Shown: in pieces, positions 22,060 through 33,648 of the stretch
How the letters are laid out: every line of letters begins with the position of its first letter
How positions within the stretch are numbered: the first letter of the stretch is position 1
IMG/VR virus record: IMGVR_UViG_3300028596_000009
Coordinates: 32,001-96,000 of that record
DNA from: a virus
Direction: 5' to 3' (one strand)
DNA: 64,000 nucleotides
Notes under the pieces: model-generated
The model's input: only the letters and a program-made list of their open reading frames with translations
The model's database searches: none
Told to the model about the DNA's origin: nothing
Position numbers and translations under genes: made by a program

Positions 22060-23369
22060 AGCGACACGGCAGCAACAACAAACGAAGGAGACAGACATGG
22101 GCTGGAAGGACTGGACGTCCAGCGGCGCCGAGAGCACCGAGACGATCGAGCAGACCGTCCGCGACATGCACGACGAGCAGGACGACGGCCCCCTCCCGGG
22201 CACCGAGGACAACAAGTAGTTCGCCACCGGCAACGGGGCGCCTGTCCACCGAGACGGGCGCCCCACCAGGAAGGGAACACCATGAACTTCAACATCGTCA
22301 CCTTCGCCCTGGCCAAGGGCTACGCCGCCGTCACCGGGGCACACAAGGAAACCCACGGTGGCACGGACCCCGCGCTCTCCGTCTACAACCACCGGCGCTC
22401 CGTCTTCGCGGCGAACCGGGGCGAGAACCCGAGAATGGCATCCCGGGCCACCGGCTCTGCGGGCGTCGCCATCGACAAGAAGAACCTGTCCGGCGCCATC
22501 TGGTTCGCCGACGACTACGCCACCGAGTACCAGGCGGTCGAGGAGAACCTCATCCACGTCCGAGGCGGAGGCAACATCTACTTCGCGGACCTCGTGCTCG
22601 GCATCCCGCAGCTCATCGCCGCTGTGCCGGTCGGCGTCTGGTCGATGAAGGAGGAGGAGGTCAGCTCCTACCTCTCCATGGGCAGCGTCCTGGCGTCGGG
22701 CTCCAGTCCGGGCATCGCCTACCAGGAGGCCGTCGTCGCCCTGAAGAAGCTGCGCGCATGAACGACGAAACTCCTCCGTTCCGGTTCAGAGCCGAGCGGA
22801 CCATCCACGTCGGACTCCACGAGCGAGGCGTGCAGGCACTCGACCAGATCACCCAGATGACCGATCTGGTCGAGGAGGACGCGGTGAACATCGCCCTCCA
22901 GGCATACGCCCTGATCGTCGAGAAGCTGAAGGAAGGCAGCGACGTCGTCTTCCGTCACCCCGAGGGGCCCAACAGCAAGCTGTCGATCTCCTACTGGAGC
23001 GAGCCGTGATCGAGACCCGCAACGGTGAGGTCATCAACCCGAACCGGCCCCGCTGGATCGAGCACAGTGACATCCGGCGCCGTACCGACGTCACGCCCTA
23101 CCAGGCAACGACCATCCGCGACGCCATGGCGCGGGGCAGCCAGGTCAACTACTTCACAGGAGTCGACGACACCCGCCCCGGCAGCAGACCGGCGGTCCGC
23201 GAGACCGACCTCACCGTCTTCCTGTGCCCTCTTCTGAGGATGGGCCGCTACGCGGTCCGTGTGCAGTGCGAGACAGGGTGGTGGATCCGGGACTTCGAGT
23301 CCGAAGAGGCCGCTATCACCTACCAGAACTCCGAGCGCAACCGCCTCGCCATCTGACAGGAGAACATCC

Positions 23370-24518
23370 ATGAACGAGCCCACCTTCTACAAGGTCGACA
23401 CCGACATCGACGCGCTCTACCCGTACGACTCGCTCGATGACCACACCGTCCTGCACATCACCGACCAAGTGTGGGGCGACCCGCTGGAGGACGGCGGCGA
23501 CTTCTACGGGCAGAACGTGGCGCGGGCCAGCGACGAGGAGCACACCCGCTGGACCGAGGCGTACCAGACCTTCCTGACCAACATCGGTGAGGTCGCCGCC
23601 CGCCGTGACGCCGCCCAGGAGGCGTACGAGAAGGCCCTGAAGGAGTGCGAGGAGGCAGCGGGCACCATCTGGGCCGCCTACAAGGGCACCGTCGACCGGA
23701 TCCAGGCCCGCAACGACGAGGTCGAGGGGATGCGCGAGGCGCACCGTCTCAACGAGATCTCCAAGCAGGAGATCGCCGCGAAGATGGCACAGGACGCCGA
23801 GGACGCCGAGCTGGGCCCCCGGACCTGGGTCACCTACCACCCGAACTCGTCCGAGGTGAAGGTCTCGCCGACCATGCTCCAGCCGGTGATCCACCTGGCC
23901 GTGTGCCCGATGGTCGCCGACAAGGTCGACCGGAACTACCAGATCAAGTACCACTACGCCCGCCGGGACAGGGTGCAGGACGTCCTGCTCGAAGGCGCCC
24001 CGCTGATGAGTGACGGGCGGGCCACCCGGGACCGTGTGCCGACCAAGCTGTGCGGCCGGTGCAAGCCCCACGCCAGCCTGAGCGAGGCGCTGGGCGAGGT
24101 GTTCGACAACTGGCTCGTCGAGGTCGAGTCCGTCCAGGAGCCGATGCCGAAGACCGGCACGTACAGGCAGGTGGAGTTGCTCGCGGGGAAGCTCGGGCTG
24201 GCTGACGAGTGGAGGGACGTCTCTCGTCGCAAGGACGGGTACACCATCGTGTTCGACCGGTCCTTCCGCGCCGAGCGCCTGATCGAGCCGTACGAGCTGC
24301 TGCTCGGCTGGTCCATCTTCGACGAGTACGGCAAGTCCGTGGTCAGCATCGATCACGAGGACAAGCTGGAGCGCCTGATCGAGGAGCTGCCTGCTCGTGG
24401 GTTCATTGCGCGGCACATCAACGAGCCGCAGTCGTACCGCACGGACGGCCGCCAGTGCCTGTCGTCGGTGGCCGTGCGCCGGATGACGAAGCACGAGATC
24501 CGGATGTACAAGGGCTGA
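23370..24518 (+). CDS. Hypothetical coiled-coil protein with possible Zn site
   Basis: Long GC3-biased ORF; HLAVC...CGRC. Confidence 0.7.
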   Translation: MNEPTFYKVDTDIDALYPYDSLDDHTVLHITDQVWGDPLEDGGDFYGQNVARASDEEHTRWTEAYQTFLTNIGEVAARRDAAQEAYEKALKECEEAAGTIWAAYKGTVDRIQARNDEVEGMREAHRLNEISKQEIAAKMAQDAEDAELGPRTWVTYHPNSSEVKVSPTMLQPVIHLAVCPMVADKVDRNYQIKYHYARRDRVQDVLLEGAPLMSDGRATRDRVPTKLCGRCKPHASLSEALGEVFDNWLVEVESVQEPMPKTGTYRQVELLAGKLGLADEWRDVSRRKDGYTIVFDRSFRAERLIEPYELLLGWSIFDEYGKSVVSIDHEDKLERLIEELPARGFIARHINEPQSYRTDGRQCLSSVAVRRMTKHEIRMYKG

Positions 24519-25595
24519 CCAGCCCGCGTTTACCGGGCGCCTGGACCGAACCGGGCGCCCGGCCCCACACCACTGAGAGCGGAGCGGAATGGCCATCACG
24601 ATCGGAAGTGACCCGTACCACCGGCCCCGGAGGACGGCCCTGATCACCGTCCACCTCGCGTGCAAGTGCACCACCAAGACGCGGGTCGTACCGTTCCACG
24701 GCGCCAAGTTCGGATGCGGTTCAGGTCTGGGGCATGGCTACCAGGTCGACTGGGTCCAGGCGGAGCAGCCCAACGGAATCACGATCATCAACAGGAAGAT
24801 GCGAGGAGAGAAGTGATCACCTACGACGACGAGCCGGTCCTGTGCACCTTCGAGTCCCGGCCCGGAACGCTGGAGACGCCACCGGAGTACTGCGACGAGG
24901 AGGTGGCCGAGACCGACGAGTACTGCCCGACTCACCGCCAGCTCGTGGCCGACATGGAGGCGCTGGAACTGTGCCGCTGCGGTCACACCTTCAAGCAGCA
25001 CCAGGGTCCCGAGGGGCTGGGCGGCGCGCAGTGCAAGGTGTGCCCCGGCGACTCCGAGCGTTCCTGGCGCCACCCCTTCACCCCGAACGATCAGGAGGAC
25101 TGACATGAGCAAGCACATCCTGCGCCACGACGCCGCGACGATAACGCCGGTGAAGTGCCTGAAGTGCGGCGACATGATCGTCTACAACGGCAACTTCTAC
25201 TGCAACTCGATGGACGCGATCGGCTTCGACAAGGAGAAGCGCGACATCTACATCATCCCGGGATCGTGCGACTGGGCCCTCCAGCAGCCGCCTACCCGCC
25301 GCAAGGACCGCGAGATCGAGATCGCTCTGCATGCGGCGGGCCGGTACCCCAGCAACGAGTACCTGATGGAGGACTGATGGCCCGCAAGGTTGCGCGAGTG
25401 TCAGTCCGCGATGTCGAAGTGACTCTCATCTGCGGCTGCCGAATCCTCCTCTGTGAACGACCGAACTCTCCAGGCTCCAAGCTCGCATGCCCGAACAAGC
25501 TGGGCCACGGCTACAACCTCGAATGGGTCAAGTGGCGCGACGTCAACACCGAGGCGTCCGGCGACAACCCCATGAGTACGAAGGAGATCTGAACC

Positions 25596-25997
25596 ATGAA
25601 CCGCACCGAGTACAGCATCCTGCTGGACGCCATGATCCCGCCGCAGATCGACAGCTACGCCTTCCGTGAGGGCCCCCGCATGCTGACGCTGCTGCTGGGC
25701 TACACCTGCGACCGCAGCACTTTTCACGTCTACCTGAAGGACAGCCTGATCCACCGCCTCGTGTTCGACGAGAAGGCGCAGGGGTCCGTGGTCCGCTCCT
25801 ACGACTACTTCCGCGCCTGGGACGCGCTGCGCCTGGTCCCGGACAAGCGGGTCTACCCCGAGTCCACCACGGCCCTGATGGCCCTGCTGCTGAAGCGGTC
25901 CGGCGCTGACGTTCCGTACCTGCCGTTCGACGACAACCGGTTCAAGCGCGTCGAGAACTTCCACCTGCACGCCTCGATCCGTGAGGAGATCGGGTGA
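25596..25997 (+). CDS. Hypothetical protein, tandem paralog 1
   Basis: TLLLGYT..FHVYLKDSLIHRL. Confidence 0.7.
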   Translation: MNRTEYSILLDAMIPPQIDSYAFREGPRMLTLLLGYTCDRSTFHVYLKDSLIHRLVFDEKAQGSVVRSYDYFRAWDALRLVPDKRVYPESTTALMALLLKRSGADVPYLPFDDNRFKRVENFHLHASIREEIG

Positions 25998-26163
25998 ACC
26001 GGGACGAGATCCGCGCCATGATCCGCGAGGAACTGGTGGCCGTCCTGAAGAACCTCGCCAGATCCTCCACCGCCGTCTGGGACTACAACACCGAGATGTG
26101 GGGGCCGCCGGACATGGAGAGCGTGTTCCACAGCGCGGCCGACGAACTGGAGAGGAGGCTGAC

Positions 26164-26553
26164 GTGAACCGCGAGCAGCTCGCCACCGTGCGGACCCTGG
26201 GCGGCAAGGCCCAGACGATCCGTGCCGACGATCTGGTGCACGACCTGGACCGGACTCTGCTCGTCGGCTCGATGGCCAACGGCCACGGTATCCACATCTA
26301 CCTGAAGGGCCACGAGATCCACCGGCTGGTCCACGACCACGCCATGGGTCTGAGCGAGTACACCCACCGCCCCACCTGGTTTGTCGGTGAGCTGGTCCAC
26401 GGACACTGCTTCCGGGCCGAGTGGTCGGACTTCGACTTCGTGTGCCAGGCGGCGGCGAAGGGGGCCTGGTTCTTCTGGCTCGGGTTCGTCGACTCGCTGT
26501 ACCGCCAGTCCTGGCACAGGGACTTCCAGGGACCGATCAGGGAGGAATTCTGA
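26164..26553 (+). CDS. Hypothetical protein, tandem paralog 2
   Basis: RTLLVGS..IHIYLKGHEIHRL. Confidence 0.7.
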   Translation: MNREQLATVRTLGGKAQTIRADDLVHDLDRTLLVGSMANGHGIHIYLKGHEIHRLVHDHAMGLSEYTHRPTWFVGELVHGHCFRAEWSDFDFVCQAAAKGAWFFWLGFVDSLYRQSWHRDFQGPIREEF

Positions 26554-26948
26554 TGGACCTCTCCGAGATGGAGGAGGTGGAGAGGATGAAGAATCCCGAC
26601 ACCATGATCACGTGGGACGCCACCCCTTCCCTGCACGAACGGACGCTTCTGTGCGGCGTGACCACGCAGCGCGAGGTGTTCCATGTCTACCTCAAGGACC
26701 GTCTGATCCACCGCTTGATCTACCGGTCGGACACCGACCAGGTCATCGACTACGCGGCCTACCCGGCGTGGAATGCGAACCGTCTTGTGCCGGAGGGCGG
26801 CATGGTCCACCCCGAGTACACCTCGGGCGCTTTCGCCCGGGAGCTGGCCGCCCGGAACGTGGAGTTCGAGTTCGGGCCCTACTTCGACCACCTGTACTGC
26901 GAAGCGCGGAGACGTGACTTCCAGGCCAGAACCAAGGAGGAATTCTGA
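26553..26948 (+). CDS. Hypothetical protein, tandem paralog 3
   Basis: RTLLCGVT..FHVYLKDRLIHRL. Confidence 0.7.
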   Translation: MDLSEMEEVERMKNPDTMITWDATPSLHERTLLCGVTTQREVFHVYLKDRLIHRLIYRSDTDQVIDYAAYPAWNANRLVPEGGMVHPEYTSGAFARELAARNVEFEFGPYFDHLYCEARRRDFQARTKEEF

Positions 26949-28550
26949 TGGAACGCAAGGACATCTACGTCGGTATGAAGGTCAAGGTCTTCGACGTCAA
27001 CGGGCGCCGCCTCGGTCAGCCCGACGAGGGCTGGGACGGTGAGGTTGTGGCCGTCCGGCGCACCAAGTGCGACATCGAGTACGGCAGCGGCGACCCGCGC
27101 CAGCGGACGTTCGACATCGACAGCCAGCACGTCGAGGACAACTACCGACACCGCTACTTCCGGACGCTGGAGGAGGCCGAGACGGTCGCACGCACCAGCG
27201 CTGCCCGTGCGGTCATCAACGACAAGATCGTCCGTGAGGGCATGTCCCGCATCCCGCTGGAGAAGCTGGAGGCCATCGCCGCCATCCTCCAGGAGGAGAC
27301 GTGAGGCGCCGGGCGCTGGAGCGCAAGGGGACCTGCCGGGTCTTCTGGGGATCCCACGGATGCTCCAAGCAGCGCGGACACATTGGGCAGCACGTGTGCT
27401 CCACAGGGTGCATCCCGTGCCCTGAGCAAGGGGCGTTCGGATCGGACTGGAACGAACAGTCCTACGCCGAGCAGCTCCAGGACTGGAGGCGGCACCGCGC
27501 CGCCATCGGCAAGCCGTCGGATCTCGACCGGGATCCCTGGTGAGCCACTGGTACGGGGCCTTCTGCCCCACGTGTGCCGCCTTCAGCAACACCATCAGGT
27601 AACACCACACAGGAAAGCGAGAAAGACCATGGGTTGGCTCAAGCCGTCCTCGTCCACCACCACCACCACCGAGGGGCAGTCCCCCACCGTCGGCGCCAAG
27701 CAGGACGCCAAGGTCAAGAAGAACGAGCGCGACGGCATCACCTTCTGGTCCGAGTCCACCTCGGAGAACAAGGCGCCGGAGGTCAAGAAGTGAGCGACTA
27801 CAACGAGCCGGTTCCGGACGTTCCCGACCTGGGCGCCGAGCTGGTCCAGCAGTGTCACGACCTGCACGCGGCGATGCACGCGGCGATCGATGCCCGCGAG
27901 GAGGAGCAGAAGTGAGCGAACAGCCGGACTGGTCGAAGTTCCCCGACTCGATGCTCGTGGCCGTGGCCGGGGAGATGGCTCTGGAGCGGAAGCACTCCGA
28001 GGAGTTCGCCGAGGCCCTGCGTGCGATCGGCTTCCCCGAGACCCTGGCTGCGGTTCGCGAGGGCAGGGTCAGGCCGTTCATGGAGGCCGTCGAAGAGGAG
28101 TGGGCGAACCTGAGCGCCGAGGGGGAGCAGGGCTGATGGGCTTCAAGGTGAACTGGTCGAACTACCCGGCGACCGCTGCCCGGGTCGAGGAGAAGAAGTT
28201 ATCGGCGGAGGCCGGGCAGTACCTGGCCTCGCAGTCCGGTGAGGAGTCGTCCGGCAACAGCCAGGCGCATACCGAGGAGGGGGAGGAGTGACGCTCGACC
28301 GCATCCCCGTGAACCACGGACACAGCGAGGACGGGTCGACGGGCGGCGGTTCGGATACCACCGAGCCGGACGGACATCCCGAGGACTGACCTCGGCACAC
28401 AGGACGCGGCTGCTGAATGTCGGCGGTCGCGCCCACCCGTGCCTGACACTTTCTAACCGGAGACGGTTGCGAAGTGTCGGTGCGTGTGTCACTATCTACT
28501 TAGACGATCGCCAAGGGGAACGGCGGTCCAAGGAAACGGAGAAAGAACAG

Positions 28551-29186
28551 ATGACCACGGTTGACTTCAACAAGCACCTCGCGAGCGGCAACTCGCTCAC
28601 CCTCGACGGCCACATCCGACTGGGCGCCGCGTGGGACGTCTCCTCCCGGGGTCAGGGCGGCCTGAAGGGCATGCTCTCCCGCTTCGTCGGCGCCGACATC
28701 GACGCGGTCGCCCTCATCGTGGAGAACGGCCAGCCCACCGCTCTCGCGGGCCTGAACAACAACGACCCGCTGGACAACGGTTCCGTCCTGCACTCCGGCG
28801 ACAACGAGAACGGCAAGGCCGACGGCGACGACGAGATCATCGACCTCCACCTCGGCCGCATTCCGTCCGGTGTCGACAAGATCTACCTCGCCATCACGGC
28901 CTACAAGAAGATCAACCAGGCCATGAACAAGATCACCGGAACGTCCGGCTTCGGCGGCGCCGACAACCCCAAGTTCAAGCTCTACGACATGGCCTCCGAC
29001 GCCAAGAACCCGATCTTCACCGTGAAGCCCCCGATGACCTCCACCGAGAACACGTGGGTCATGGGCGTTCTCACCCCCACGCCCGGGAAGCCCGGCTTCT
29101 GGGAGCTGACGAAGGTCGACAAGCGCATCGACGTCAAGTACGACGACCGCGACGACCTCGTCCGCCAGATCATGGCCTCCGCCTGA
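28551..29186 (+). CDS. TerD/TerZ-family stress protein
   Basis: LGAAWD, DIDAVA, HSGDNENGKADGDDEII. Confidence 0.85.
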   Translation: MTTVDFNKHLASGNSLTLDGHIRLGAAWDVSSRGQGGLKGMLSRFVGADIDAVALIVENGQPTALAGLNNNDPLDNGSVLHSGDNENGKADGDDEIIDLHLGRIPSGVDKIYLAITAYKKINQAMNKITGTSGFGGADNPKFKLYDMASDAKNPIFTVKPPMTSTENTWVMGVLTPTPGKPGFWELTKVDKRIDVKYDDRDDLVRQIMASA

Positions 29187-29273
29187 CCTGCGAGTCCTCT
29201 CCGTCTTCGGCACACCGCCGGAGGCGGGGGGAATCCGCAGATCATCGCGGTACAACCGAAGGAGAAAGACAGC

Positions 29274-29939
29274 ATGGGTTTCTTCACCAAGAAGGACAAG
29301 GACATCCCCGCCGACATGGGTGCGCTGGTCGAGAAGGCCCGCATCTCCCTGGTCAAGCACGGCATCGGCGACCTGAAGGCGGCCGTCTACCTGGTCCTGG
29401 ATCACTCGGGATCCATGTCGAGCTACTACCGCAACGGTGACGTGCAGAAGCTTGCCGAGCGGGCGCTGGGCCTGTCGGCCAACCTCGACGACGACGGCAT
29501 CGTGCCGGTCGTGCTGTTCGCCGACCACGCCGAGAAGATCCAGGAAGTCAGCGTCACCGACTACATCGGCGCCGCCGAGCGGCTGTCCTCCCAGGCGCAG
29601 TGGGGAGGTACCAACTACATCGCCGCCATCGACGCCATGGTGGAGCACTACGGGAAGTCCGGCTCCACCGACCCGGCCCTCGTCATCTTCCAGACCGACG
29701 GCGACCCCGCCTTCAGGGCCGAGACCACCGAGAAGATTCGGTCGCTGCGCGGCAAGAACGTCTTCATCGCCTTCGTGTCCTTCGGTTCGAGCGTGCCCTA
29801 CCTCAACACCCTCGACAACCTCGGCACCGGCCGCGAGGACATCGTCTCGCACTTCAGGGCGCCGAAGCCGTCGCAGGTGACCGACGAGGAGCTGTACGAC
29901 GGCATCACCGGCGAGTTCGCTCGGTGGGTCAAGAGCTGA
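29274..29939 (+). CDS. Ter-associated vWA domain protein
   Basis: LVLDHSGSM, WGGTNY, FQTDGDP, LDNL. Confidence 0.85.
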   Translation: MGFFTKKDKDIPADMGALVEKARISLVKHGIGDLKAAVYLVLDHSGSMSSYYRNGDVQKLAERALGLSANLDDDGIVPVVLFADHAEKIQEVSVTDYIGAAERLSSQAQWGGTNYIAAIDAMVEHYGKSGSTDPALVIFQTDGDPAFRAETTEKIRSLRGKNVFIAFVSFGSSVPYLNTLDNLGTGREDIVSHFRAPKPSQVTDEELYDGITGEFARWVKS

Positions 29940-30038
29940 TTTCGCATCAGAAACACCTAGTAACACCCGCTGAAAAGCGGTAGGGTTCCACTACTTCCTG
30001 ACGGCATCGGATGGCGAAGGCCGGTGTCGTCGGGTTCA

Positions 30039-30112
30039 CGAGATGTAGCTCAGCCTGGTAGAGCACCGCCCTGATAAGGCGTTTGTCGCTGGTTCGAATC
30101 CAGCCCTCTCGA
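30039..30112 (+). tRNA. tRNA-Ile(GAT)
   Basis: Cloverleaf, loop CTGATAA, GGTTCGAATCC; one acceptor-stem mismatch. Confidence 0.85.
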
Positions 30113-30177
30113 CAAGGAACCCGCCCTCGGCTCCCCCGGGGCGGGTTTCGTCATATCCGGACAACGAAAGGACCGAC

Positions 30178-30930
30178 ATGCAGGAAGTTATAGGGGGGTT
30201 CGTCAAGACACTCGAAGAGTTCGAGACGCATCTGAACCGACACGGCTGGACGACCTCGCGCGAGGAACTCCGGTCCAAGGACAAGCCCCTGCTCAAGCAG
30301 ACCGTGACAGGGCGACAGGGCGAGTTCTGGGCCCGAGCCGTCTACACGCGGCGCAAGGTGGAGACCGACGCCGACCAGATCCACTTCGACTACACAGGCG
30401 CCTACCTGCCCGAGGGCGGGGACCAGCCACGGTGGTCGGTGTTCAAGACCTACGACGACATCATGCGGTTCGTCCACGAGTACGACATCACGCTCCTGGT
30501 GGCTTCCGGGCCCCCACCCACGCCGAAGTCCCATCAGTGCAGGTGCGGGAAGGTCCGTCACACCAAGGCGATAGCTCACGGGATCCTGCGCAAGTCGCAG
30601 CGAGAACGGCGCCGCATGGGACCGAGCAGCAACCGGATGGAAGAGCGGGTCTACGCCTGCCCGACCGACAGCAAGGTCTTCCATCTGACCTCACGCAAGC
30701 ACTGGACCGAGGAGACACCCGAGGGGAGGGAGAAGACCGATGGGCGCAGCACCGGCGATCCGGATGCCAGCGGAGTTGGAGCAGTTCGACCGGCGGATAC
30801 GGCTGATGGGGTGGGCGACCGAGCGGTGCCTGGAAAGGGACGACGTCAACCTCAGGTACCGAAGGCACGTGACCGCTCGCCGGGGCGGCTTCCGGGTGAA
30901 GGTCCTGATGGTGAAGAAGGTGATGTCTGA
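30178..30930 (+). CDS. Hypothetical protein with Cys/His Zn-finger-like C-domain
   Basis: CRCGK...YACPTDSKVFHLTS; 3' end overlaps the next gene. Confidence 0.6.
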   Translation: MQEVIGGFVKTLEEFETHLNRHGWTTSREELRSKDKPLLKQTVTGRQGEFWARAVYTRRKVETDADQIHFDYTGAYLPEGGDQPRWSVFKTYDDIMRFVHEYDITLLVASGPPPTPKSHQCRCGKVRHTKAIAHGILRKSQRERRRMGPSSNRMEERVYACPTDSKVFHLTSRKHWTEETPEGREKTDGRSTGDPDASGVGAVRPADTADGVGDRAVPGKGRRQPQVPKARDRSPGRLPGEGPDGEEGDV

Positions 30931-31303
30931 CGGATCGTCGATCACCAACACCTGGCATCTCGGCTCGTACACCTTGAGCGGCAAGCCGCACTGGTGCTAC
31001 CTCAGGAGCGAGTACGACATGTGGGCCTTCGCCGAGACCTTCGACACCAGCCTGCTGATCTCCCCGTTCACCCACGAGCCTGTCATCTTCCGTGTGCCGC
31101 CTCCCGCACCTCCTCCGGAGAACGTCTCGAAGTGCATGTGCGAGAAGGAGGAGCTGACGGAGCGGGAAGCCCGTGAGGCTGTCGAGCAGGCGCTGATCCG
31201 CAGGGTCCTGCGGGGGTCAAGGAGACGCCAGGAGCGATCCCACTACCCGTGCCCCACTCAGCCCAAGGTTTTCCATCTCACGTCCCAGGAGGACAGGTAC
31301 TGA
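30740..31303 (+). CDS. Paralog of the previous gene
   Basis: CMCEK...YPCPTQPKVFHLTS. Confidence 0.65.
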   Translation: MGAAPAIRMPAELEQFDRRIRLMGWATERCLERDDVNLRYRRHVTARRGGFRVKVLMVKKVMSDGSSITNTWHLGSYTLSGKPHWCYLRSEYDMWAFAETFDTSLLISPFTHEPVIFRVPPPAPPPENVSKCMCEKEELTEREAREAVEQALIRRVLRGSRRRQERSHYPCPTQPKVFHLTSQEDRY

Positions 31304-31581
31304 TGAGTGGCACATCAAGGCGCCACCGGCGTCGCGATCCTCACTGGAGGACGCTTCGCGACCTGCTCAACGACGGGCGCCCAGGCCCCACGGCTGCGCA
31401 GATCACGCACACCCTCTTCGACGCCGGGGTGACCTCTCCGGAGAAACTGCGCCGGATGACGCCCGCTGAAGTGAAGGCGATCGAGGGCCTGGGGGCCAAG
31501 GCGCAAACCCGAGTGATCTTGCTCAGGAAACGTCTGGACGACGCGGCTCGATCCAGCACCGACACGGACAAGGAGAACTGA
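31303..31581 (+). CDS. HhH / RNA polymerase alpha-CTD-like protein
   Basis: LFDAGVTSPEKLRRMTPAEVKAIEGLGAKA. Confidence 0.55.
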   Translation: MSGTSRRHRRRDPHWRTLRDLLNDGRPGPTAAQITHTLFDAGVTSPEKLRRMTPAEVKAIEGLGAKAQTRVILLRKRLDDAARSSTDTDKEN

Positions 31582-32361
31582 CATGAGCGCATGGTCCGAC
31601 CGTTTGATGCAGGGCTCTCGCGCCAGGATCGTCGATCACGGCAACGGAGTAGTCGTCCACGGATCCGGCGAGCCGGTGCTGTCCGTGCTGGACGTCCTGG
31701 GCGCCGAGCTGGAGGACATCTTCGTCATCGGCATCAACGACCGGTGCGGATCCCTGGTCGTCCCCACCCAGGAGAAGGCGGAGCGCCTGGGTGTGCTGAT
31801 GAACCCCGCCTACAAGGTGAAGATCAAGGCTCCGGAGCGAGGTACCAACTGGAAGGTCGACTACGACCAGAGGAACCTCGACGGCACCGTGGACAGCAAC
31901 TTCATCATCAACGTCACGCTGAAGGACGGGCGTGTCGTCATGAAGGACGGCAAGTGGATCGAGAAGGAGAACTGACATGGCGGAGCTGACGAAGGTGAAC
32001 CTGAAGAGCGGCTCGTTCTTCAACCTCACCGGCATCACCGAGCAGGAGCGCTCGACCCTCGCGGTGGCGCTCGACGTGCTCACCAAGAACTTCCCGCAGG
32101 GAAACCCCGAGGTGTCCCGGGCCGTTTCCCTGATGAAGGCGCTCGGCGTGGTCTTCCCGGCACAGAAGGGCAACGGGCGATGAGCGACGCGCTCTGGTAC
32201 GACAACCACACGCTGCCCAAGAGATTCGACCTGTGCAGGCTGAGCAGCCGGGAGCGTGGGCTGATCCAGGACGGCCTGGCCGCCCTGCTGGCCGCTCTTC
32301 CCCAGGGGCACACCCTCCGTACCGAAGTTGCCGACCTCATCACCGCCCTGAAGGGGGACTC

Positions 32362-32640
32362 GTGAACCTGACTCGCCCCGAGAAGCCCGCCAGCGGCCCG
32401 TACAGGGTCCAGTTCAGTCCGGAGGCCCTCAGGCTCCTGAACGGCCTCCCGAAGGACCGTCGTGACGAGCTGACGGCCTACATCGACAGCAACGTGGCTG
32501 AGGATCCCTACGCGCAGGGCGACCCGTCCTTCGTGCGGGATCGGCGCGTCCTGTCCGTCGGCAGTGTCACGATCACCTGCATGGTCACCGATGTCACGCG
32601 CATGGTGACCGTGATCGACTTGACCGACGTGCCGGAGTGA
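32362..32640 (+). CDS. RelE-fold-like protein
   Basis: YRVQFSPEALRLLNGLP...DPY...VTVIDL. Confidence 0.5.
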   Translation: MNLTRPEKPASGPYRVQFSPEALRLLNGLPKDRRDELTAYIDSNVAEDPYAQGDPSFVRDRRVLSVGSVTITCMVTDVTRMVTVIDLTDVPE

Positions 32641-33024
32641 ACCGTGAGGAGCGTGAGCGTCGGTTCCTGCTTCCCCGTGGGGATGAGTCGCGGGAGATAC
32701 TGCTGCGAATAGCACAGATGAAGCCCTACGAAAGAGGTGACGATGACCACGCTCCTGGTCCACAGGGTGTCGCTCGACGAGTACTCCGACATGCGTGAGG
32801 CGGAGATGCTCACGTGCTTCCTGAACACGGGCAACGAGATTCTTCGGATCGGTCCGGATGATCGCGTCGATCCGTGGAAGGAGATCGAGAGGGTCGCCGC
32901 CGAGACCGGTGACGACGAGGTCGTCATTGTGAGGAAGTGCCTGGATTGAGCCCCATAAGGAGACCGTGCCGTCTGTTTCTCCGGCTACCTCGCCAACCCC
33001 GGCTGGGTAGGTCCGGAGGAATCC

Positions 33025-33195
33025 ATGAAGAACAGCGCACACCGTCGCTGGAAGGGCTGCTGCCTGTTGTGTGCCGTGGGCAGCGGCAAGGTGAAGGGCT
33101 TCGGCCGTCACGCGAAGGATCCGTTCGCCGTCCGTCGCGCGGTCGGAAAGTCGCGGCGTCTGACCAGGAAGTACCTCGGCGACTACGAGAACTAG
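33025..33195 (+). CDS. Small basic CxxC protein (not in ORF track)
   Basis: GGAGG RBS; MKNSAHRRWKGCCLLCAVGSGKVKG... Confidence 0.55.
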   Translation: MKNSAHRRWKGCCLLCAVGSGKVKGFGRHAKDPFAVRRAVGKSRRLTRKYLGDYEN

Positions 33196-33383
33196 TTGCA
33201 AGATTCCTGAAGAACGCCTAACCTCTTTTTGGGGATACCGCGCAGGGGCGCCACTGCTTACTCAACAGGGGCGCCCCGGCTTGGAAAGCTCTTCGGAATG
33301 GTCAGTTGCCTAACGGCAACTGTGTGGGATGGCTACCCACATTGCAGTACGGACGCTCCGGTATCGAACATCGGGGCGTTTAT

Positions 33384-33465
33384 GGGGACTGTGGCGGAAT
33401 TGGTAGACGTTGGTGGTCGAGGGTGCCTCCCTGGCCGTGCGGGTTCGAATCCCGTCAGCTCCCCC
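33384..33465 (+). tRNA. Degenerate tRNA-Leu-like gene
   Basis: Leu-type D loop GGCGGAATTGGTAGACG and GGGTTCGAATCCC; anticodon arm pairs poorly. Confidence 0.55.
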
Positions 33466-33498
33466 TGGCCGTTGAATGCGAGGATGGCCTCTCGCGCT

Positions 33499-33575
33499 GG
33501 GTGTGTAGTCCAACAGCAGAGACAGCGGCCCGAACGCCGTGACAGTGCCGGTATCGAATCCGGCCACACCCGCCA
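33499..33575 (+). tRNA. Atypical tRNA, 6-nt anticodon loop (CCGAAC), encoded CCA
   Basis: GGGTGTG/CACACCC acceptor, GCGGC/GCCGT anticodon stem. Confidence 0.6.
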
Positions 33576-33648
33576 GCCCTCGTAGCTCACTCGGTAGAGC
33601 AGCTCCCTCGTAAGGAGCAGGCAGCAGGTTCGATCCCTGTCGAGGGCT
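33576..33648 (+). tRNA. tRNA-Thr(CGT)
   Basis: Canonical cloverleaf, loop CTCGTAA. Confidence 0.9.
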
